NCBI GenBank assembly: GCA_963924565.1
Contig: OZ004607.1
Location: forward strand, 26,598,001 to 26,662,000
DNA from: Ascidiella aspersa
Lineage: Eukaryota
Direction of reading: 5' to 3'
DNA length: 64,000 nt
Part shown: piece after piece, positions 13,045-25,412 of the stretch
Layout of the letters: each line of letters opens with the position of its first letter
Numbering within the stretch: position 1 is the first letter of the stretch
Translations under genes and position numbers: made by a program
The notes under the pieces: model-generated
What the model saw: only the letters and a program-made list of their open reading frames with translations
The model's database searches: none
What the model was told of the DNA's origin: nothing

Positions 13045-14589
13045 ACCAGTAGAATGAAAACGTGCCGAGGCGCAGCAAATATTTACACACGGTTTCGATC
13101 AATTTTTTTTTCAAATTTTATTTTATTAATGGGGAGCAAGGCAGCGCGAAATATGTTGCAATTTTTAAGGGAATGAAGTGTTGTAATATGATTAATTTAA
13201 AACTACTTCCAAAAATTTAAGCCATGATCTCAAGTCATTACAAACACAACTTTTCATGTTGTATATTTCAACAGGTGAGACATGACCACCGTGCTATCTG
13301 ACTTCACTAAATCGAAACTAAACAAACTGTCGTTGCATTTCCAAGAGTACACTGTCAGGTCGCCTATAGATTTATTGTACATTCACATAATTTAGCATAT
13401 TTCGCTTTCAATAAAAGACTGTTGTTTTTAATCAAGCAGCCGCGTGAAACTATATAGCACAAGAGCGACTGCGTTGGGGATTAGCTAAGCCGAAATGCCG
13501 ACTGGATTTGCCAGAATGGCCAGGAAAGGAAAAGAGTATTGAGGTGAAATATTTAACACTTTAACAGGCGAACATGTTAGAATTACAAACACAAATAGAC
13601 ATGCGTCATTTCTCTACAATGTCATGGTTATGCCATGTTCGAATTTTTTGGTAAAAAATTGGATTAATTTTCAGAAATTTCAATAATAAACCCTTGTTTT
13701 GTTTTTCTCTCAATGATACTGTATCTCTGGTGTAGTAACGCATCTCATGTTGTGTTCGAAATCGAACTTTATAAACCGGTTTTGAAAACGAATTTCGAAC
13801 TGGAGCTCACCGGAACTTTTAAATTGCCCCGAACCAACAATTAGGCCTGCTTGGATTCAGAAAAATCCTTGAACCCAGCCAAAAAAACGACCTGATCCGG
13901 CAAAGTCAAACGGATTGACACCCTGTAATATAGCAAAAAGTAACAAATGCAACGAAATAAGATCTAAACTCGTGGCAATGTGATCTAGACCTGTCGGCAA
14001 AAGATCTCAATGGCTAAATAACATCTAAAAATAGAAGGCATTGGGCGCCGTCTTTTGGCACCAACTGTTTGGTATTGTGTAATGGGCTTAAGGTTAGAAA
14101 CAGGCCAATTAAAGTGGGATAAAGCAGGGAGTCAAACCAAACCCGAATCGGAACTTTATTGGTCATTTTTTCACGAACCCTAACAAAACATGAACCGTTG
14201 TTTTTTAGATTTAAGGAACCGAACCGAAACTTAACCGCATAGTTTGAAAACACCTAAACCTTAACCGAACATATCAAAAAGCGGTTCACCTCAGCATGAC
14301 GTCACAACTTGTATTTTACAGTCATGTGATGTTAACATTTTTTTTTGAAAAAAATAATATTTATGAAATAAAACGTTGCTTTTTAATTTTTCAGATATTT
14401 TGGTAATGAGCTGCTGGTTTTTCTATACGCCACGAAATAAAAAAAACGATTGTTTAGGCCTATTCGTATTGCGGCCTTGAAATATGTTTTAATCCGACGA
14501 ACGGCGTTCTTTCGTTGAAAGTAAGTAACGCCAAATTAATCGCATTTTTACATAAATGATTTTACTGACAAACGTTTAGTGCTATAGGC

Positions 14590-15056
14590 CAGTGGTCGGC
14601 AACCGCCGGTCCGCGAATAGCTCGTTACCGGTCCGTAGCAAGGGTTGCCAGATTAAAATTTTGATTTAAACCCAAACCGTACGTAAAATGCCAAAAACTA
14701 AGAAATAAGTCAAAAACAATTAAACGTTGTTTTCTATTTAAAACATATATACTTTAGTTTAAACATACAACATTTTTGATTGGTATGACAAAAAATTCAA
14801 TTAGTATTAAGCGCTCGTGAGGTTCAAAACACACCAGTGTGCTGTGGCCAAATGAGATGCATTGCAAAATGATTTATTATTTTGTTGTTTAGGCAGGAAA
14901 GTTTTACAAACAAACGTGTGTATTTTAAATTGTCCATTGAAAAAATGTTGGAACAAATTACCTTTACTGAACATTTGTTGTTTTTTAAAGCCAGTCCGCG
15001 GAACAAAATTATAGTTTTAAACCGGTCCGCAGGGCCAAAAAGGTTGCCGACCCCTG
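14590..15056 (+). mobile_element. hAT MITE with perfect TSD
   Basis: TIRs CAGTGGTCGGCAACC / GGTTGCCGACCCCTG; TSD CTATAGGC. Same family as 58339-59797. Confidence 0.9.
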
Positions 15057-15306
15057 CTATAGGCTATGTTGCGTTGTAGCAGGTAAATTTGAATTAAATT
15101 TGGTACAAGTCACGTTGTACAATTAAGTATTCTGGCTATATTGGATACAAACGGTACGGTATATAATGTAATCGTTGCAAGTTTATTAACAAAATAAATA
15201 TATAAAAAGTGAATGGCTATATGGCAGTGTACATAATTCATTTCAAAGAGATAGAAAAAGAGAGGAAAAACAAGCAATAGGCAATAGCAAAGATCTGCAG
15301 TCTGTG

Positions 15307-17770
15307 TTATCTCTTGCAACTTAGGCATATTGCTGACGTTGTTGAACCATAGCTGCAAATGCAATACATTACATTTAGACAAAGGCATTAACATTTTTTG
15401 CACTTACTATTCATTACCAATGTTAGGAATTAAGTTTTCCAATAAAAAAATAAAGCTTATGGTATTCAACAAGGATTTACTTTTTCATATGGCATAGTAA
15501 CCACAAAAAAAGCATTACAAGCCAGTGTAAATTAGTATGTTGGCCTACATATAACCTTATAAAGTTGTTGTTTACTCTAAAAATACCAAAATATTTTTTT
15601 ATTAAGTTGATGTTATTAAATTCATCCTTGGGACAAATAGCATAAAAAAATTACCTTAAAATAGAACAACTAGAGCAGAAGTAGTGATCACAATATGAGC
15701 AAGTTTGTTGACAGTTCTCACATATGACCGCATCACAAAATCCGCACTTCATAATTAGTGGCAAATGATTGCAAAAATTTGTTTGACCAGCTGTAATTGG
15801 AAGAACAAACTTACATTTCACCTACCACTAACTGTTTTATTCCTAAGCACGCATTATCACCTAGTTTAGCTTTCATACGTTTATTTGCAACAGCTTTCAT
15901 TCCCTTCGAGAAGAAGTCAGTAATACTTTTTTGTTGATTCTCATTCTCAGATTTCATGATGTCATCCTTATTGTTGTTGTTAATCATATTTTCATGTTCT
16001 CGCTCTGTTTTCTGATAGAATGCCTTTGCACCATCCATTAGAAGCTGCTTTGTCATATCTGTAACAAAATATTTGTTTTAAAACACACAGTTTGTTCTAA
16101 TTTATCATTATTTAAATAATAAGTTGTGCACAAATGCTGTTTTTTATTTTATCTCCATCATAAATCTGTGATGGTTAGTAACATTACAACAACCAATGTT
16201 TTAAAAGGGGCATTTCAAGTTAAATATATGGAGAGAAAAGAGTAATATTGTGCTGTGTGGTATGTAGGTTAGTAACTCTGTATACAAGGTGATGAACAAC
16301 CAATGTTTTAAAATGGGTATTTCAAGTTAAATATATGGAGAGAGAACAGTATTGTGCTGTGTGGTATGAAGGTTAGTAACTCTGTATCCAAGTGATGTTG
16401 GAAATATGTAAGTAACTTTTAGAGTTTATTTGAAATCATCCCTACACTGCAAAAACTAAGCAAACTCATTTTTCCATACTTACAAAAACTAAAAAGTAGT
16501 GAAAAATTAAAAGCTTGCCAATGGGCATAAACTGGTTATTTGTTCTGCATAAATAAGAAAAATCTATATTTTGGGATTCAGAAGTACTCTAGTACAGTTG
16601 TTCTAAACCCTTTTAGCTTACAGACAGGTAAAATTCCAAAACAAATTTTTCTGGTGGACCTTTAAAAATCAAAATTAACCCCAAATGTATTTTTCTATAA
16701 AAGTATGTAACTTTAAAGCACTTGAATTAAACATGTTTGCATACTTTTAAAAAGTTGGGCACAGCACTTGCAGCATCGTGAAGTATGATTAAATTCAAAG
16801 TAGACCATTATAACTCTATGTTAAGTCACAATGGTGCAAATTACAGAACTGGCAAAGTTCTAAATTTGATGGACAAGACTTCAACATCTTGCATTTTGCA
16901 ATTGAGATATAAATTGTAATATATTTGGCGGACCGGCAGGGAAGTTTGACATGCGGTTGAGAACCACTGCTCTACAAGCACAGGCCAGTGTGTATTTTAT
17001 TGCAGCTTTTACAGAGATATTGGGTGAGCAGTGCTAAATTTTCAGAAATGCAACAAAGGTGTTAAGCACACCCAAAATTTCAAAACCAGGTGTTTTTTTA
17101 AATATCTCAGGTGTGCACCTGTTACAGAACGCAGAGCAAACCGACATTAGAGTTTCAGAATATACAACCAGCCCACCACTCAAATCTTTCGAAACTGAGG
17201 TGTGCACAGTTGTACACTGACGTATTGTTTGAAAACATTGAATGTTAAACTGTCACATAATGAAGACTTGTACCATTAGGTAAGTAGGAAAAATATTATA
17301 AAAATGAACTACTTAATTTGCCAACAATTAAAACATTTATGAGTCTCAAATTTAATGAAAAATTTGGCGCTCTTTCACTATTGTACGTGAAAAGTTATGC
17401 AAAAAAAAATAATAATAATACCGCATACCACAACACATATTGTTTGGGTTATGGTGCGGGTTAGCGTTTGGGTGAGGGTGGGTCAAGTAATATTATGTTT
17501 ATTATTAATAATAACTTATTAATAATAACCTCAACCAAACGCTAAACCGCACCCTAACCCAAACAATATGTGTTGTGGTAAGCGGCATTTAAGGAAAAAC
17601 ATTTTTTTATAAATTTTTACGTACAATAGTGAAAGAGCACCAAAAATTTTACCTAACATTTGGTCTCGGTATTTGTTTCCATTAACTCCGTTGGCAACTT
17701 CTCTGGTCCCGATATGAGTTTTCAGCTGAAGAGGTGAGTCATCACTCCAGGGATTTGAACGTTTTGGCAT
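15307..17770 (-). CDS. SIVA1: Apoptosis regulatory protein Siva homologue (~159-165 aa)
   Basis: Exons 17653-17770, 15879 (or 15861)-16058, 15655-15790 and 15307-15352, phases consistent. N-terminus MPKRSNPWSDDSPLQLKTHIGTREVANGV...MTKQLLMDGAKA aligns with recalled SIVA1 [29 protein letters not shown]...KTKRLLFLGAQA. C-terminal CxxC array CGFC-CENC-CSYC-CSSC-CLSC. AATAAA at 15182-15187. Confidence 0.92.
16188..16397. repeat. Tandem duplication, ~107-bp unit x2, in SIVA intron 1
   Basis: AACAACCAATGTTTTAAA...TTGTGCTGTGTGGTATG...AGTAACTCTGTAT begins at 16188 and again at 16295. Confidence 0.85.
16595..16969 (+). mobile_element. hAT MITE in SIVA intron 1
   Basis: Ends CAGTTGTTCTAAACC / GGTTGAGAACCACTG; flanks CTCTAGTA and CTCTACAA. 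Same family as 58601-59031. Confidence 0.8.
17358..17650. repeat. Foldback/palindromic MITE
   Basis: Long imperfect inverted arms, e.g. GCTCTTTCACTATTGTACGT / ACGTACAATAGTGAAAGAGC and ACCACAACACATATTGTTTGGGTTA / TAACCCAAACAATATGTGTTGTGGT. Confidence 0.85.
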
Positions 17771-18904
17771 TTCTCTTAAACTTAGGCTAAATTTTTTAAC
17801 AAAGAAAAAAGTCTTAGGATATATTATAGTATACAATATTTCCCTCCAAATGACCGTGCTACCATAGAATTGTTAAGAAGCAGAGATAAATCGTACGCAT
17901 GACTGAATGTTGTTGTATGTACGGAAAATACGAAGTGTACGCACTTATCTCTATTTCATATTTCATAGAGATCAGTGAGTGTACGTCAATAGCCCCCTAT
18001 TGATGATGTCCTATTTGACGTACACGTTTTTTTAGTTTTATCGGATAGATACTTATTGATTTGTAAAATTATAGACATTGTTTAAATGTAACGTTTTAAG
18101 GCATTTCTCTATTATATTGACATAATAAACGACTTTAAAGAAAAGAAATCTTTCGTTATGTGCACGGCGCTTTAAAGTACGTCAGAGCTTTGGTCAGACA
18201 AAAAATCATAGAAAATTGCAAGGTCTCAAGAGGAATTTTTTTTTACGCCAAAAGTAAAAATAATTATTTCCTAATAAAGCAATTTATACACCTACTTTCA
18301 GGTCCAGTATTTCTAAACTGTTTCGTTTAAACGTACCCTTCTAAATTTAACTATATTTTATAAAAATATGTTTCAAACTCTTACTGAGATAATGTCACAG
18401 TAATTTTGACACAACTGTAAAAAATAGCACAAAACTTTGGACATCATACTGATATTAGGATCGTAACAAATCTTGCAAACTGTAATACTAAAATGACAAG
18501 AAATAGGCTAATTGTTCTTTCCTTGTACATATAACTTTTCTGGTAACTGGTATTTTTTCTGTTAACCATTGTCACAACTTCTGCGCCGTTGAGCTGACTG
18601 AGTGAATTGTTCTCTAACTCGAGGGCATCCAAAATGAACCAAGATTCTCGGCACTCCCCAAAAATAAATATATTTTGCTCTAAATGCAAAAATGTGCGAT
18701 TATATGCTTCACGGTGGAGATTTTCCGATTTTTATTTTGACTTATTAATTTTAAGCGCCGTGTGCATAACAAAACATTGTTTATTTTTTCTCACAGAAGT
18801 CATTTATTTTGTCCATGATATAGGCTATATGGAAAAACCATAAAAACCTTTCATTTTTATCATTTTTAAAAATTTGAACAACCCTAGTGGTCTATAAAAG
18901 GGAT

Positions 18905-19170
18905 TCCAGCAATAAGACCAAAATTAGAAATGAGCCTACATCTTCGTCGAAATAAAGTCTAATTTCGAATAAGACCTAAATCCGTCGGAATAGGTAAATA
19001 ACATTTTACCTAACCCCAAACCTCACCTTTAACCTCATCCCTTACTCCTCTGTTACGTTCAACCCTAACCCAATTTCTTATACTTTACTGATTGCCCACC
19101 CCTAACATCAAACTATAGGCTAAGCCTAATATTACAGCTTTGGTTATTAGTTGTTTATAAGTCTTATTAT
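18905..19170. mobile_element. Degenerate MITE with ATAAGACC and CCCTAACC motifs
   Basis: Shares AATAAGACCTAAAT..GTCGGAATA and CCCTAAC-rich segments with 21913-22310. Confidence 0.5.
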
Positions 19171-21912
19171 GTGTTCCCTACGAAGGTACACACTTCAAAA
19201 CTTCCAACTTCCTAACTTAATACAGACGTCAGCCCCCTACGGCACATGGTGGGTTTAGTAATATGTCATCTGAACTCGTGTTAGTAGTAAATATATGGCC
19301 AGGGTCGGATCAAGGGGCACGTGGCCAGCCTCCCCCAAACTGTATTTTTAATCTATTCTAACTAAGTAAATCACAAAAAAAATTCGCGACTTTGATTATG
19401 GTGCTTGAGTGTCTTAGCCGATTTATTATAAAATCGTTGTAACCAAAAGGCGTCGTACGTTTATCGCAACATCGAAAATAAAAGTTTGAGAAACTTAAAC
19501 GATATAAATATGAATTAGGGTATACATCGTTATAGTTTTGCATTGAAAGTAACACCTGTCTAATCTAAAACTTTAACCAAATATACGAACTGCGAGGTAT
19601 TCATAAGGTTACGTTTTATGGCGTCACGTTCAGATGTAATATTTTGATGTCATGGTATGATGTCACATAATGCCGTTACTTTAAATTGTCATGCCACATA
19701 AAATAATTGTCAAAGCATAAAATTAAACAGAACGTTTAAAGATAAATGACTTCTAAAGCTGATCGATCGTTGTTATTTTTTCATAAAAGATTTAAAATTG
19801 AAGAGAAATTCCGATGAAAAGTTCATCATTTAGACTCGCTCGTCCTTCCTAATTATATCAACAAGCTTGTATAATGAGTAGTAAGGCCTCGTTACCGAGC
19901 CAGCTCGGATTTTTACAGGAAATGTAGCGCAGGGTCGAATCTAAAAGAAGATTTCAAATGCATATAGAATTCAAACATTTATAAAAAAGAATTAGCGGAT
20001 ATAGCATTTCCAATTACCTTTTCGTGCTTGAACATACGTTAAATTAACCTGTATATGCCTAAAATAAGTGGCTTTTGTGAATTTCGTTTCTATTTTGTTA
20101 ATTTGGGCAACAAACAGAATGTGATTTACGTTGCAATTAAGCAAGGTGTCCGAGATAACCCGGAGCATGTCCGAGCATACCTCGGTATCGGGGTAACATC
20201 GGACATCTAAATGCCCTTCAGTTGAGTCGTTGTTGTCTGATTTATTCAAAGGAGTAATAATCCTACCATTTTTCGACAGAGGACTGACTTATTTAGTAAA
20301 GCAAAATTTGTACACATATGTCTTTTTACAAAAAAAGGATTGACAATTGGAAAAAGTATGAGAATCTCCGGTCTCCCCTATACGACTGTTTCTCCTTCCT
20401 AAGTTTACTAATGGACCTAAAGGTTTTTTTTAAGAAAAGGCGCTACGGGTTGCGGGCCCTTTTATTGGCTCTCATAACTTTGTGACCACCTGTTTACGCT
20501 TTAAATAATGTCACTTTACAAGTCACAATGAAAACCACAAATTTGACCATTACTGGACAATAATAAAATACAATATATTATAGGTTTTCCAATGGGTACC
20601 GAGGGCAACGGTAAAAACATTGCTTTAGTCCTTTACGTTTGTATGTTTCACACAAAAATCCTGAGAATGGCAAATCTAACCCAAGAAGTTTGATCAAGTA
20701 CAGTTAGAAAAAAATCAGCGCAGGCAACAAAATCGCTTAACAAAAACAGTTCCTGAAATCCTTTAGCCTGAAGGGCGTTTTGACTGAATCGTCAAATAAT
20801 TCCCTGTTTTTTATTAGCCTCTGTCGGTCGCGTAGGGTCAGGTTCTTTTAATTAGTGCGCCGCGCGTGTTATTCGGTCGACCCAGCAGACCCGCGCGTGA
20901 AGAAAGAGAGTGAAGACGGCCGGCGAAAAACCGACTATAGAAAGGGCATCGATTTGACAAGCAGATGGCGACGGCAGCCTTGCTCTTCGGCGTTTTATCG
21001 ACTAGGCCGCGCTTTCAACGGCTGCCGTGAAATCAACTGCATGGAACGACGATGATTGAATGCCGACTAGGCATCTCATTCTCAACGGCCAGCCCTGTCG
21101 TCGGAATGGGCACATGATAAACACAATCGATCGGAAAAGCAGCCAACGCGCTGTCTTAGACTTCAACCGGAATACGTCAATGACAAAAAGCATTTGTGCA
21201 GAAGTGAATGTGTAACAAAGGCTATCATCCGTACTAGTTGGCACGTTTTTTCAAATCGAAGTGCATTACGCTTAAACAGGTAGATAGACTCTGAAAGGCA
21301 AGATGACAGCTATCTACCAGAATTAGGAAAGAACATGGTACTCAGGATGCAAGAACGTCCATAGTGGCGGGGTACGAAATAAAGGCTTCCCATGTATTCT
21401 AAATTTCACGGTTTGATTTTCATCTATGACGAAGTTTCGATTATACACAGCAAAATTCTGATTTAATTATATGGCTAAAAATGTCATCTAATAAACTGTA
21501 TTATTTTCTATATTTGTTAAGTAGCTTGCTTGTTTTACGGGCTGAACAGATGACTATCGATATCCAGAATATCGATGCACTGGCTATAGAGGGCAAATTT
21601 CAAATATCGATACAATACGTGCGACTGTTTCCATCAGGATGGCTACGGAAACCCTTTTTGATGTGGTTATATTTTATGGCGCCTACGTGCTTGCGGTTTC
21701 CCTTTTTAATGCTATATTTCGTACCAGAATAAGGCAGTTTTGCAATGTCTCGATGCTGTCTTTGTGAGATATGAGACTTAAATGAAATTTAATAACAATA
21801 GTGTTGTAGACATATTGTGGAAAACAGCACATATTTCGTTTGTAGAAATGTCAACAGGACTAATGTCAGGTTGATAATCATGCATTATGACACAATTCGT
21901 TGGACTCCAGTT

Positions 21913-22310
21913 ATAAGACCAATTACGATTAATACCTTATTGTCGTAATAAAATCGAAATCAAAATAAGACCTAAATTTGTCGGAATAAGACCCAAACTG
22001 CCGGAGGAATGCCTATACATCGTTTCACTCCAAACCCCACCCCTAACTTTATTACTAACTACCCATTAATTTTAATCCTAATCCAATTTCTAACCCAAAC
22101 CCGGGGCAAACAATTAAGTGCCTAATCAGCGGCGCTCAAACGGTGCCGTTCATACTAGGGTGTCCCAAGTAGACACTAAAACGGCAGATGCCCCAATCAT
22201 CATATACCCTCTCGCGACAGTTTTAGGCGTTGTATTACATTTAGGGATTTTAGGCCTTATTTCGACAGGTTTGGTTTTTATGACACTTTTATGTCTTCTG
22301 TCGTGGATAT
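21913..22310. mobile_element. Degenerate palindromic MITE with ATAAGACC repeats
   Basis: Repeated ATAAGACC on the left, inverted TAGGCCTTAT-like motifs on the right, CCCTAAC core. Relative of 18905-19170. Confidence 0.55.
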
Positions 22311-25090
22311 TACTACGTATTTGGCTTTTTCATGCCTTTTGTATAATTCTATGGTAATATACATTATGTTGCTTTGGATATTGTTGATTTGTAAGGTTCG
22401 TTGTGAGTTCCCCAGCTTTTGCCATTGGTAAAGTCAACCTGTAAACAGCGTTACGGCGTATGGTTTATCCGCTTATTTACTACCAATCTTTGTTGACATT
22501 ACCTAAATATATATCAGTTAGGCAACAACATGGCACACGATAAGCTACGTACTGGATTTATCATAAAATGTCTGCGGAAAGTTAACTCTTGGTCTAAACC
22601 TGCTCTGCTATGAGAATACATGTGAGATAAACCCTAAAATACGCTTGAGGTGGTTGTCACTTTGCTGCGAATAAAACGGACACAGTTTAAAGCTTTACTT
22701 CGAGATTTGTGCAAACTCGGTCACAGTCCAGCATAGAGTTTCCACAAACCAATCAAGTTAGTATTTCTGGAAGCAATTTGAACACACGAGGCGACAACAG
22801 CCTGGCGCACAGCGAAGGTTTACTTGCTGGACGTATTTCCATTTCGACGGCCGGCGACCGAGCCCATAAATAAATATCAAACTCGCAGCGCCGCGGGCAG
22901 AGCCGTGTTGATGCCTTTTCTGGGCTAAACCACCAACCGCGTCCGACCGTCCGTGAATCAGAGGCGAGGACGGTTTTGTCGGTAAAGGGGAGGATTCACG
23001 CCGGGATGACAATGGCTGTTCATTCCCTCGGTTTTTTAAACTGGCGAGAAATAGAGGCTCGATAAAGACGTGCGCTGCCTCGCGCAGTTGTCAGACGCAA
23101 ACGTTACCGAGCCAGCTCGGAATTTCGTCGTCTGCGTTTAGATAAGCCGCTTCTTGTAATGACAGATAGCAGACTCGAAGCTCAGTCGTTGCTCAGTTCG
23201 ATTAAAGTCTGCCTGTGGTTTTTACACGGATAGTGAGGCGAAATTTGAAAGCCAGCTTCGTATATTTAAGTACGTAAATGCACTTGTGTTCTACATACGG
23301 GTACTTCCTAGTTCAGCGATAAGTGGAAAATTGCCATTTGAAACCTAGCGAGCATATAGCTTATAGCCTGTATTTGAACGCAGAAAGACCTTTAGTGATG
23401 ACTGATAATTACCCGGTTTAAACTTATCTGAAACGCGGGTTCGCCTGTTGCCCGAAACCGCGTCTCCAGGCCGGCCTAAGTGACTTTCCATGTGTAATTA
23501 TCCGAAAGGGTTACGGCCGGCGAAAACAAGTGCAAGACCTTCTGTGTTCCCTGCGGAACATTGTAGATCTAGTTAGATAAGGATGGCTCGTCACTCAAGT
23601 CTATTAAGACCAGTAGTAAGCCGAGCACAATTAAGCACTTTCAGGAAATTGGCAAAATGTTATACTGTGTTCTTATTCTGCTTCTAGCCGACAGCAACGC
23701 TACAAGCGAAACATATACGATTCCAGTATAATGCACCACTTAGGTCCCACGCGCTTCAATGCTGCCATTGTGTCAGCGCAGCGCACCACTCGGGCACAAT
23801 TGCACAATAGGCCTGCAGCTGTTGGAACGATTCGCCGACTCTGCTTGACGTATTTTGCGCGCACTTAGGGGGGTCCGCTGTAAAATCCGCGGCTCTGTTG
23901 AACACGGCGCCGCGAATGCCAGGCGGTCTTTGAAGCGTGTATATTTGCGAATTCAAGTCGGCCTCGTCGCGACGCCGGCAATGTTTCGGGTCAGACACTT
24001 AACCACGGGTCGTCGCGAACGCTTTCCGACGCATCGAGCCGGCAGCCTCGAACCCTACGCGGTGACATTTTACAGCTGAAACGTTGAACCTCCGGCTTCG
24101 CGGCCCTCGTCGCTTTATTTCTCCCAAGCAACTTGACACGTCGTCGACCGGGCTCGGTGCGAAGTGTGGGTGCGGGAAGTGCTTGGCCGGTGAAAACAAC
24201 CGACATTCTCACGGGTTACGCGATAAAAGTTAGTTTGTAGCTCGGCCCATGCGCTGTTGCGTTTTCACGAATAGAGCGTGATCAGTCGAGATTGATATAA
24301 ACGCTTTTTATCAATTCAATTGAATTTCTTTAGGCGCCCTTCTATTTAAAAATGCGATGGCAAAGCAATTGAGTGAACTGATCAAAGAGCACTAAAGAGA
24401 AACGCCCACGATACACCCATACCCAATGCGCACTTGGCGTCTGATTAGGTTGATGCAAATTTGATTCGGGGAAGGCGGCGACTCTCGAACGACAAACAAC
24501 AGAATTTGCGTGCGCTGTATGTTAAAGCAGCTCAATTTGAATTTTTATAGCCAAAACTTAGGTTTTGTTATCTGCTGTGAATAGAGACTTAACAGATTTT
24601 AATTTTTGTTGTTTAGGTTACCTTTAATGTAAATATTTGTAAGAACTGCCACTATAGGGTAAGTCGCCATTATTTTGCAAGTCATTACGCGTGCAGTGAT
24701 TCAAAGAGGGCTGATTTTAACTGTTAAAGTCCTTAGTTGCGTTGCAGTCTGCTTTCGTTACAGGCCAGCCTACCATTTAAGCCAAACTGCGAATAGTTTA
24801 CGCAAATATGCCCTAACGAGGTTGCCGTCGGCTTCTAGCCCTTCTGCTGTTATTAGAGCCAGCTGGCCAATTAAATTTTGCTCACCGATTGGGCTGTCAA
24901 CCTCACATTGAAACGAATATGACATTGCGTCAAGTAGCAGTTATTGTTTTATTTTTTAATTACCATAACGAAACAACAAATACCAAAATCAAGTTTAAAC
25001 TTTCCATTTTAGACTTTTTTTATATCTTAAAGACTGTTCTTGCACGTTTACAATTTTCCGTTCACTCTTTGTTAAGCAGGTGAGCATGGT

Positions 25091-25412
25091 CAAGGGCTTT
25101 CCAGACTTTTTGGTCTGCGAATTTGGTTTCAAATTTATTATAATTTTCCGCGAACTTTTTTAAGTGGCAAACAGAGAACCTTTTTCCACCTGTACGCACG
25201 ATCCCACATGTTTAAGCAATGTACAACTCAGTCAGGGATCACTAATTCAAAAGTTGTAAAAGTACATGTTTACTAATTCAAAAGTTGTAAAAAGTACATG
25301 TTTACTTTTTCAAAAGTTGTAAAAGTATATGTTGTTTAACTTGTGTGCAATTTATGTAGTTCTAAGGACGATCCCTAACTTCGTTGCTCCAACCCCAGTT
25401 TGGGAAGCCCTG
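25091..25412 (+). mobile_element. Old hAT-like MITE with internal ~31-bp tandem repeat
   Basis: Ends AGGGCTTTCCAGACT / AGTTTGGGAAGCCCTG; TTCAAAAGTTGTAAAA(A)GTA x3 at 25240-25335. TSD not preserved. Confidence 0.6.

Noticed and set aside
15811-16056. Stand-alone 81-aa ORF
   Set aside because: It is SIVA exon 2 read into the following intron.
16289-16390. Possible C/D snoRNA starting at GTGATGA
   Set aside because: Antisense to the host gene, with no D box; it is part of a simple tandem duplication.
21279-21318. miR-31-like AGGCAAGATG within a small inverted repeat
   Set aside because: The match sits in the loop, the 3' part does not fit miR-31, and the 9-bp stem is too short for a pre-miRNA.
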